A program made the translations under genes and the position numbers. From Takakia lepidozioides (Eukaryota; Plantae; Bryophyta): a DNA stretch of 64,000 bases. Each line of letters starts with the position of its first letter. Positions within the stretch are counted from its first letter, which is position 1. The notes below the pieces were generated by a model. That model had not been told where the DNA came from, ran no database searches, and saw nothing but the letters and a program-made list of their open reading frames with translations. Below, piece by piece: positions 54,401 through 64,000 of this stretch. The stretch spans positions 32,550,001 to 32,614,000 of the forward strand of contig CM060734.1 of the NCBI GenBank assembly GCA_030704615.1. Reading direction: 5' to 3'.

Positions 54401-56880
54401 ATGTTGGCGCTGGACAATGGTTTTGGCAGCCCATGGCTGTCAATGGCATCAGGAACTAATAATTGCCTGAGTATCAGTTTCGGCAGATAAGTGTTGAGAG
54501 CCCAACATTGCTTGGGCCTCCTCCTCTTGCAGAGTGCAGTGGAATCAGCTCGGGCCAGCAGGTTGGTTAGGTGGGGTGAAGCAGGGTTGTGGATGGCAAG
54601 TGATATTTGTTGTCACCCGCTTCATGGCTCTGAAGACAGCGTGGAGATGTGTCACATAAAATTGCACAGGTCTTGGACTTCCGAGTGATAACGCTTTACA
54701 TAGAGAGCCTGCACCTGCTCTTCTAGGCATGGTATAAAGCACCATGGTAGTGATGCCCCATTGATTGGCCTGGCTATGCCATGATGGAGCAGGAAATCAT
54801 CAGTATGTCGAACTAGTGATCTGTTGCATGGACTTGACAAAGATCTATGGTGCATGGGAAATTTCGAAGCCTCAAAGATGCTGCCGTGCCAGCTTCCAGT
54901 TGCTTACTAACAGCTGTAAAACGTATGGGGTGGTTCTTGCTGGTTCAATTCGGAGAGTGACAGATAGATAGTGGGTACGAAAAGTTGAGAAGCAGTGGAC
55001 TGATTGCTCTGTTTGGTGACAGGGTCCAGTTTCATCAGCATTGTTTGAGAGACCAGGTTTGGCAGTGGATCCTGATTCATTGTGGGTCCGTGGACGCCAA
55101 CAGAGTGAAGCAGGGGATGGAACTGGAGGACCACGGCTAGGGATGCCTCCATTAGCTTCAAATGTCCTGCCTTCCATCAGAAGCCGTAATGCTGCTGTCA
55201 CTGGAATGGGCCCTGGCCCTGGACCGGTCCGTTTGCCAACCTCACGGTATAACAGGTTTAGCAGGTATTGTCAATGTTACCTCGGCGACCTGTTTGATGA
55301 TAAGGTATATGCCTAGAGGTAGAGCAGTTCTCAGTTCTGCCATCAAGTGATATAGTCATATGATTGGGGAAACCAACAATGTGCTGTGCCAACTGCAGGG
55401 ATGATGATTTTGATCTTGATCTGGAAGACATTATGGTCATGGAAGCTATATGGCTTTCAATCCAGGTATTTCTGTTTGTCTTTTTATATCACCTACTTTC
55501 ACTTTTTGTTCTCCCTGCTCTCTTATGTTTGAGAAATCAGAACGAGGCCACACCTTGACAGCTGCACGTTAGCAAGAATCAGTTAACAGGCTGGGGTTGT
55601 TTTAGACCAAACAACTGATCGGCGTTTGTGGCCATACATTCTGCCTGGTTTGGATGGAGCGGAAAGGATAGAAAGAGGGGGGACAAAGTGAGTGCAAAGA
55701 GAGAGTACATGATACCCACTTGCTTCCTCAATGGTGTGTGTTTGCTTGATGAGGAGATCAAGGTCATTCATGAAAAGCTTGTCCAATGTGGGTGAGAATG
55801 TTGAAGCAGAAACTGCGAGATGGTACTGACCCCCCACACACACCCACGACTTTGTCTGGCACTAGAACTTTCTATTAATTGGGTAACTCATCTCCTGGCA
55901 TGTGTTGGGTGTAGGAGCGAGGAGCATCACAGAATCACGCAGACAATGAATCCTCCGTTGTGGCACCAGGCAGCTTAGCGGCAGTCGTGACTCACGGGGA
56001 GGTGAGACAGCAGGATGATCAACCAGGAGAGAACGGAGACTTAACAGGACATGCTACTCTTAGGGCTCGCACATCAGCAGTTCCTGAGGGCAGGGATCAG
56101 CCAGCCAGGTGGGGTTCAGTAACAGGGGGTCTCGCAGGTGCCATTGCAGCAATGGCTGAAAGGCAGGTAGCAAGTGGGGATGGGACAACTGTGTCACACT
56201 TATCTCAGCCCAGTGTTTCAGCTGGAGACGTTAATGCGGAAGATAGGGAGCATACTGAGAGTGATAGCAACCACGAAGGGGAAATCTCAGAGAGACTGCC
56301 AGAGTCATGGTCTAGTGAACCGCTTAACATGAATGATGGAAGGCTTGAGACTGCGTCCTCTAGCGAGACAGGAGAGGTCAACAAGTTCCCAGAAACGGAC
56401 GGGCGAGAGGATAACAGAGGTGAGGTGGTTCCTCCACAAGATGGAAGGGAGGTTTTGAGGACCATGGAAAAGGTAGTCTCTGGTGGGGTGGAGAGAAGTG
56501 CAATGAGCACCTCTGGTAATGTGGATAGCAGTGAAGGTCTGGCAGAATGGGTGAGCTCCACAAAACGAGCGAGATTCATTTCAGAGTATACTGGAGAATA
56601 TGACCGAGACCATGGTTCTATAACTGAGTGGGGTGGCGATGGAAGTTCGGAACAGGTGGAAGTCGGGACGAGTTTCTCTAGTAGTATTCCATCTGCATCA
56701 GAATTACCGTGGGAAGCACCAGAGATCCCCTCTGATGTGGCAACTGGAGATAACAATGGTGCGGTTGAAGGGGGAAAATTGGATATGGTGCCTGAGAGTT
56801 TTGAGGAGCAAATGATGTTGGCAATGGCATTGTCACTTGCAGAGGCACAAGCCAGGATTGAGCAGGAAGAAATCAGCTAG
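49650..56880 (+). CDS. DA2: RING-type E3 ubiquitin ligase of the DA2/GW2 family; 8 coding exons
   Basis: Exons 49650-49841 ([23 protein letters not shown]...LAPCYPG...ECPICFL), 51989-52040 ([17 protein letters not shown]), 53163-53208 ([16 protein letters not shown]), 53897-53978 ([15 protein letters not shown]), 54152-54379 ([19 protein letters not shown]), 55023-55255, 55399-55465 ([22 protein letters not shown]) and 55915-56880 ([19 protein letters not shown]) match remembered GW2/DA2 motifs. Confidence 0.93.
50524..51420 (-). mobile_element. Nested array of three copies of the TC-tailed non-LTR retroelement, in DA2 intron 1
   Basis: A ~720-bp copy (50524-51247) homologous to 24996-25562 is flanked by AAGCAGAGA at 50516 and 51248; two short 3'-end copies follow (~51257-51305, ~51315-51385), then a (GA)n tract at ~51389-51420. 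Confidence 0.88.
53209..53896 (+). other. U12-type (minor spliceosome) GT-AG intron in DA2
   Basis: Donor GTATCCATT (consensus RTATCCTTT), branch site TCCTTAAC at 53876-53883 ending 13 nt before the intron end, no polypyrimidine tract; splicing restores PTQ|CPFC of the RING domain. Confidence 0.88.
53339..53437 (-). mobile_element. Short 3'-end copy of the TC-tailed retroelement inside the U12 intron
   Basis: gagagaatgtactcgtaagatgttgtttgccgtagccttgtggccat...cccagtttggg matches the other copies. Confidence 0.8.
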
Positions 56881-57403
56881 CAGAATTCCTCCCCACAACC
56901 AACGGATAACGAATTATAGTGGATGTGTTTTGTATGCACGCAACTGGCAGAGAGGAATTCTACCACGCAGATAAAGGCCAAACAATCATGAAGGAAATAA
57001 TTCAGCTCGATGCCTCACTGTCACATTTAGCTGATCTCAACACAGGGTTGATAGGATTTAGGGCCTCACAAATTTGATTCCAAAGATCAAGGAGGAAGGG
57101 TGTGGTACCGCACTTGGTTTGTATTGAAGATACATTTGTATATTGGAAAACTCTAGTCACTCACTGGGTCTGATTTTTAGAAATATTTCAGAGCATTGAT
57201 GGTCAGCAGGACAATCTTTGAAATTTCTTCAAGCAAGGTTGTTGTTTCTTGATCATCAGATGGCACACGACCAGGAGAACGAGCTTATGAGAGGAGGTTG
57301 GTTCCACAAGAAATGGTCATGGGAATGGATGGATTCAACAGAGTGTCGAGGTGGCCACTAGTATTACATTCCAGCCAGCTGATATGAATCAGAGTGCAAA
57401 TGT

Positions 57404-57747
57404 CAGTGTTGGGCGGTTATTCTCTCTAATCACCCGCGGTTACCTATCTGGTTATATATATACGGTCCCAATATGATCGCCTGAGGTGAAGTAATTGAGT
57501 AACCCATCCAGTTAGGAGCCGGCTGAGGTTGGGCATTCAAATAACCAGCCAAAGAACCTTTGAAATAACTGCCCAATACTCACTGGTGATTAGATGAAAA
57601 CCATGGGTTGTTTAAGGTCTTTGCTTTAACCGGAATCGCACTGTTATCTAGCCATGAAAATCTTGATAACTGAATCCGGAGGTTATTAGTTTCCCAAAAT
57701 TTGAAGCAACCCAAACCATGGGTTATTTTAAATACCGCCCGGCACCA
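57404..57747. mobile_element. Diverged, inverted copy of the hAT MITE at 15884
   Basis: Starts CAGTGTTGGGCGGTTAT; the interior is the reverse complement of the 15884 element (ttctctctaat...ggttacctat...tatata...ccagttagga...); right TIR is decayed and there is no clear TSD. Confidence 0.8.
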
Positions 57748-59339
57748 CTCACTTACTTAAGTTCATGTTGAAAGGCTATGTTAATATGATTTAAAGGGCT
57801 TCCTCCCCTTTCTGAAAAGAAAAAGGCTATGGTGAGGGTTTCTTGGGAAAAATAAAAAAGGAAAATAAATTCAAATAAACATCTGCATATCCATCTATGC
57901 ATAAGCAACATCTGGCAAATCAGGGCAACTTGCAACAAAGGTGAAGATTGATGGGTTCATTGATTACCCTTCAAGACCTCAAGCAAGAGCACTCCACAGT
58001 TCTGAGAGTTGATTGCTTTACAGCCCCTCCTCTTTGGGATATATCATAAAGCACCATTGAAAGGAGGGAGTAAATTTAATGACCCTCATGTCCTTGGCTG
58101 AATTGGTAATGTGACATCTATCATAAGCATGAAAATGGTTTCCATGTTGACTAGACAACATGAAACATAAAAATTGGCACCGCAATTTGTCTTCAAAAAC
58201 TTTTCTAGCGTCGCTTAGCACATAAGTTGCACCCATCTTAACTTTAAAGAAAAAAAAAAAAAACTATATTGGAAGAGCCACAGTCAAGCAACACCATAAA
58301 TTACACTTGCTTTGGCAAAGCATCCACATTTTGTTTTATATCAATTTTTCTTATTGAAAGAGCATGGGAAAACCCATGTCAAGAGCCATGAGAACTTACC
58401 ACAGACTTAGCAAGTAGGAGTCCATTCTTGTGGTAAATCTATGTATCAATGCCAGAGGTTTGAGAGTCCTTCTGGCCCCACAGACTCTTTACACTTTTTG
58501 CTCCTGGCCCAGGGGGCCATGCCCAACACACTTCGGGTGGCCAAAAGTGAGCCTTCCAATGCATGAATGCAGGTGAAAGGAGTGAAACAAACAAGCAAAC
58601 AAACAACTCCACTCCCACGTCCTGATTGATGCCCCCCAATCATGCCACACTCATTGGCCCATCAGGCCCCAGAATCATGCATAAGAAACTTAGAAAGTTC
58701 AAACTTCACTTCCCTCCCATCCTCCCCCTCTCACTCAAACTTGTCAAACTCACAAGATCCCAATCAAGTCCTCTTGCAGCTGTGAATCTGAGAGCAATAA
58801 AGTGCAGCAGCTGCAGACACTACTCACCTTTCACTTCCCTCCCTAAACCTCGCAGCTATGGCGGCCTGTGAATAACATAACAGCCGTCTGCTCCGTGTGT
58901 GTATCTGTCTGTCTGTGCGCTGTGCATGGCTTTCCTGCCTTATACAGACAGCTGTAGAATGATTCCATCCACGCAATCAACTCATTCATCCTCCGAGAAG
59001 GTCGTTTGAAGCGAATGTGGATGAATGTAGAGAATCATCCGTCGGTCCATCCAAGGCCGGCTTGTAAGCTGGAAGGCTGTGTGCGCGCAGAGCGGACTCT
59101 ACTCCGCTCGTGTCCTCTCATTCGGGAGCTCGGAGCATTTGCTCGCTTCTCGTCTTGCCGATTTGTGGCGCTAGAGTTGGATTGCTGTTCACCATTTCCG
59201 CATTCTCGACAGACTTCTGTGACTTTAGGTTTGTTTGTACGGTTTTGTTGGCTGTGGAGTGGAGCTTGGTTGATCGTAAACCAACGCTGTGTCGGTAGTC
59301 TGGTGATCAGATCTCGTGAGTTAGTGCAAGGAGAGAGCG

Positions 59340-62300
59340 ATGGATAACTTGATAGGCCTTGTGAATAGGATCCAGAGGGCATGTACAGCGCTTGGTGACT
59401 ATGGAGGAGAGGGGGCCGTGCAAAGTCTTTGGGAGTCGTTGCCCTCGGTCGTGGTGGTGGGAGGGCAGGTATGGGAGTGTTATATGTTGTTGTGTTCCTT
59501 CTCCTTTAATGCTGTTGTAATCACCAGTCTGATCTAAAACTGAGATATCTGTCAGTATAGCTTCATCGGAGAGTTGCATTGGTAGTCCTTTCGGCATGTG
59601 CACCCAAAAAGTTCGATCCTATAATGGTTTTCAATTTCCAAGATAGTTCAATGGATGGATCGCTTTCTGACCTCGCATACTTTTCAGCTTCTGTTTATTG
59701 TGTGACGTATCTAGCAATGCCGGCACCGTCAGGCCCTGAGCTTGACTTACAACACGAGATGTACTTCTCAAGCATTGAACTGATTTCACCCCTGGAGGAC
59801 ACCGGGATATTGTATTGCTCTTCATGGCGTTGGTTATGTACCTCACATCTTGTCTTGTTGGCTTACATTCCAGCTCAGATCTGAGATGTTATCTATTGTA
59901 TGTTACAGAGCTCTGGCAAGTCCTCTGTGTTGGAGAGCATCGTGGGACGGGATTTCCTTCCTCGGGGCTCAGGTGAATAGCCCTTCCAATATGGATGGCA
60001 GTCAATGCTATTCCCTTTGCATTGCTCATACGAAATGCAACCAATGTTAAGTTCCAACTACTTTGGTGATATTATTCTCCTTTACATAAATGCATTGTAG
60101 TAGAACGGAATTTTCCTAATTCCTTCCCAATGTATAAGATGTTGGTCTGCTCATTTGCAGTAGAAGTTGCCAAGTATGACTGGACCTGTCATTAGCTAAC
60201 TTAGCTTCTTAGACATTTTAACTTCACAAGCATTGTAGCCAGGCCAGTGACACCATAGCTGGACATGTTTGGCTTAATGAGTGCTGCTTCAAGTCTACTG
60301 AAGCTCCGTGAGTTCTCTTGCTAGTGGGTTTGTGTCCTTTTATCTTATGGATGAGAGATGAGGGAGCAATTTGTGATTGGAGTTGGATTTGTATGTGTCA
60401 GGGATTGTTACAAGGCGACCACTAGTCTTGCAATTGCACAAAACTGATGACAAACATGAATATGCTGAGTTTCTTCACATGCCCAAGAAGAGGTTTTCAG
60501 ATTTTGGTAAGCAATCCTAATACAACTATACCATGGCACTTTTATCTAGAAATCCATGTTATGAAACTGGTGAATATCAATCCTGCAGGGCCCAATGCCT
60601 TCATGCGCCAACTGAATGGGCCTTGTTCCCCTAGCAAAACTTTTTATCATTATTCAGTCAATTTCACCTGTAGCATGAATTTCAGCAAGTCTTCTTTCTG
60701 TGGTAGTGCGGTCTGCTTGGTTTGTTTGGCAGCCAAAAACTGCTCTGGAAGGTGACATTGGACTCTTTCCCTACCTGTGCACCCAAGTAGTCACAGTTTA
60801 GGATGTGAGGTAGTAGTTATGTGTGGGTTTTGCCATTCTCCTCTGTTTGTAGATAGGTGCTCTTTCACAGTAGTGGTTGCTGAATGGAAGTTGACATTCT
60901 GGTGCAGCTGCGGTAAGGAAAGAAATCTCCGATGAGACAGACCGAATTACAGGCCGCTCCAAGCAGATTTCGCCTGTCCCAATCCACCTCAGCGTCTACT
61001 CTCCAAATGGTTAGTTTCATAGCACTTTTCAATGTTGCTGGCAATTCCATTTAGCACCCTGGGTCAATTACTAGGTCGATGCAAGTTGTTCATGTCCACA
61101 CACCTTTGTGGGGCTGTGAACTTATGCTTGGTGTTGTGTTTGACCTTTCGTTTGCTCAAGCCTGTTTGTTTGCTAGGTCAACTCACTTCTGTTGAGCTCT
61201 GTTGTAACATTAGCCCCTAGCTACAGCTTTTGTTCTCCGAGGCAGTTCTGCGTATGGGGAGATGGGTTTTTCTCCATTTGGGGAGTAGAGGGGAAGGTAC
61301 TCAGACACTAGAGGTTCATACCAAAGCTGCTGTGTTCATGTGGTTCATATATTTTACTCACAGCATTGTATGGGTGATGGCAGTGGTGAATCTTACCCTG
61401 ATTGATCTTCCGGGTTTGACCAAGATTGCTGTTGGTCAGTGCTACCACTCCACCAATTTCGTTTGCAAGAATTGTTTTAATGCAATCACTACTTCTCCCC
61501 TGTCCATTTGGATGCATATGTGGTGTTGGCAAGTCCAATCGGGTCGGGAGTGTGTAGACCTCTGCTGGTATTCTAACAGTTTGTCTGATTCTCACAAGCT
61601 TAGACTGGAAAGTATTTTGAATGTGGTCCTCTTGGGTCTGCAGATGGGCAATCGGACAGCATTGTTGGGGACATTGAAAACATGGTTCGATCCTACATTG
61701 AAAAGGTAAAACTCTCTTGCTGGTTTCTCTTCCAAGCTAAGTTGAGCCGTCACCCAGTACAAGCAAAGCACCCTATCCTTATGTAGTTGCTCAAATTTGG
61801 TTTCTGGGTTAATTTTTACCCAAATTGGAACTACATTGATTGGAGAAATGAGTTTGTGCAGAGGACTGTAATAACATTTGAAAGGAGCAATGAGGAGTTT
61901 ATTCAAGTATTGACCTGAGGTGTCTCTGATATGTGCAGCCAAATTCGATCATTCTGGCTGTCTCTCCTGCTAACCAAGACATAGCTACTTCTGATGCCAT
62001 CAAGATTGCCAGAGAAGTTGACCCACAAGGTAGTTGCCTGACATAGAGCGCTGACAATTTTTTCTACTTTAAAGCCAGAGTACACTTCAGACTTTCTCAT
62101 GTGCAGGCATTGTAAATTGGCACCGATGAGGTGGAAGTGGATGGTGTTCTGGTGGTACATTGTCATGCTTTCATTGTTTGTGCTAGGGGACGACAGTATG
62201 CATTAAGTCACTTTCTTTCTGAATTGGCAACTGATACAATTGGTACAATTCAATGGCTGCCTCTTTTCTTGTAATGCCAACAATCTTTCTATTGATTATA

Positions 62301-63958
62301 TCACAATCCTTTTGACCTTATTGATCTTGACATAACCAAAGAGCATCTTGTTCTGACTTTGTATCCATGTACTTATGGATGCCATTGAGAATCAAAACTT
62401 CAGAGGGGAAAGTTTGTGTAAGTGTTCATCACTCTAAGTCTTGTGTGAACTTGGAATAACAGGTGAACGGACATTTGGAGTGTTGACAAAGTTGGATCTT
62501 ATGGACAAGGGGACAAATGCTCTTGATGTGAGTCCATCTCCTCCTTGGCTCCTGACTGATTGTGTTGTTACAAACAAGAGATCAACTTTCCGTTCTTGCA
62601 GCCTCTTATCGAAACCATGCTATATGGAGAGCTGCTTCTCACTTGGGCTGCCTGATTCCCCCATCTATATCAGAACCTCACTAATTTATGTAGATTGAAT
62701 GGGGCCAGTGGAAGTTGGTAGCAGTTGAGGCTGGTTCAGTTATTGTTCAATGAAGCATAGCTTCCCCCCAACGTCCTTTTCATTTGTCAGAGAAGGGAGC
62801 AACACATGGTTGAAGCAAATTCTCACGTCCTTGGCAATGGAGATGAAATCGATTTGGATAAAATGGAGACCAAAAATAGGGAGTTTGATATAGAGACAAA
62901 TTTAGTGATGTGGATACCAATTTTGAAGGCCTATGGACAATGACGAGACATGGCAGATGAACACGAATAGGCTTATTGAATCTGACTTCGACATTGAGAA
63001 AAAGAGATGGAAGTGACAGCCTACTTTAGAGCAAAGACAAGACAATCCATGTGGAGAGGGATGAATGGCATGAACATTCAACCGGCAGACAGGAGAATGT
63101 TAAGTCTGAGATAAGAGAGAAGACTCTGGCCGAAGCCGGCATAACCAAGAGCAACTGCACCTTTCAACTACTGGCCCGTTTCGGGGGTGGCCCTGTCCGA
63201 GATGCATATCAACTTATGATTTTTTGTTTTTGAGCAGGTGCTGGAAGGGCGTTCGTACCGATTGCAGCATCCTTGGGTGGGAGTGGTGAACCGCTCACAG
63301 GCAGACATCAACCGAAATGTGGACATGATAGCTGCCAGGCGCAGAGAGCGGGACTATTTTGCCACCAGTCAGGACTATGGGCATTTAACAAGCAGAATGG
63401 GTTCAGAATATCTTGGAAAAGTTTTATCCAAGGTACTGCGAAGGAATTTTATTTTTCCCTTTGGAATGGAAGTGATGGTTAACATTTATGCACAGCTGTA
63501 TGGTCAATGTGCATGGTCCATTCCTCTAACATCTTTCTCAAAGTGCCTTACTGTAGGGAATGGGTATGTTACTGTTTTTGCCAAATCAAGTAGCTGTGAG
63601 TTAAGCCTGTACAGCATCTCTGAAGTCTTGAAATATGTTTGCACATATGCACGTGATAAGTTGGGTACTGACCCATCCAAGGTACTTAACATCAAATTCA
63701 TGGCCGGAAGTGGTTTAGAATCATAGGTTATTGGGATCTTCTTGAGTGTTTTTGCAAGTACACTCTGAAATTGGCCGTCCTGTATTTTTTTTCCTCAACA
63801 TGTGATGCTCATGATAGCCATGTCATTTTTTGCTGTAGCACCTTGAAGCTGTGATCAAGGCACGCATTCCCAGTATCCAGGCCATGATCAACAAAAGCAT
63901 TGATGAATTGGAAACAGAATTGAATCAAATTGGCAGGCCTCTTGCCAATGACGCAGGC
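59340..63958 (+). CDS. DRP1: Dynamin-related protein 1 (phragmoplastin-like), 5' part; continues beyond the window
   Basis: [23 protein letters not shown]...[10 protein letters not shown]|[21 protein letters not shown]|[97 protein letters not shown]|[11 protein letters not shown] across 10 GT-AG exons. Confidence 0.96.
63113..63161. repeat. Second copy of the GA-adjacent dispersed repeat at ~6400
   Basis: gagagaagactctggccgaagccggcataaccaagagcaactgcacc, aligned by eye to 6400-6450. Confidence 0.5.
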
Positions 63959-64000
63959 GTAAGTCTCTTTCTTTTTGGTAACTTCTGGCTTAGCATGTCA

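Noticed and set aside
56205-56756. 183-aa antisense ORF, and similar ones at 8476-8823 and 33515-33790
   Set aside because: Mirror-frame by-products of real exons on the opposite strand, with no independent motifs.
1-64000. CRISPR arrays, rRNA genes, operons or prokaryotic defence systems
   Set aside because: The sequence is intron-rich plant nuclear DNA; the repeated short units are retroelement ends without regular repeat-spacer structure.

Overview
Eukaryotic nuclear DNA from a land plant, probably a bryophyte or another early-diverging lineage (inferred from gene content, GT-AG intron-rich structure and TE types; not proven). Intact multi-exon genes: a DRP2-type dynamin (182-10304, +), a DusA-like tRNA-dihydrouridine synthase (21023-27489, -) head-to-head with an SMPD4-like sphingomyelinase-family gene (27964-34034, +), a DA2/GW2-type RING E3 ligase (49650-56880, +) with a U12-type intron, and a DRP1/phragmoplastin-type dynamin (59340 to beyond the window end, +). 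Two genes look disabled: a wall-associated kinase (in-frame stop plus frameshift) and a UPF0739/C1orf74-like gene that the ORF track largely misses (conserved Trp codon is TGA, 5' exons missing). Mobile DNA: a decayed Ty3/Gypsy element whose integrase ends in a PHD finger, hAT and PIF/Harbinger MITEs with visible TIRs and TSDs, a 207-bp tandem duplication, and many intronic 3'-end copies of a non-LTR retroelement that inserts into (TC/GA)n tracts and into the tails of its own earlier copies. I found no convincing new multi-gene system; the microsatellite- and self-targeting retroelement is the most unusual signal. All family assignments come from remembered motifs, not database searches.
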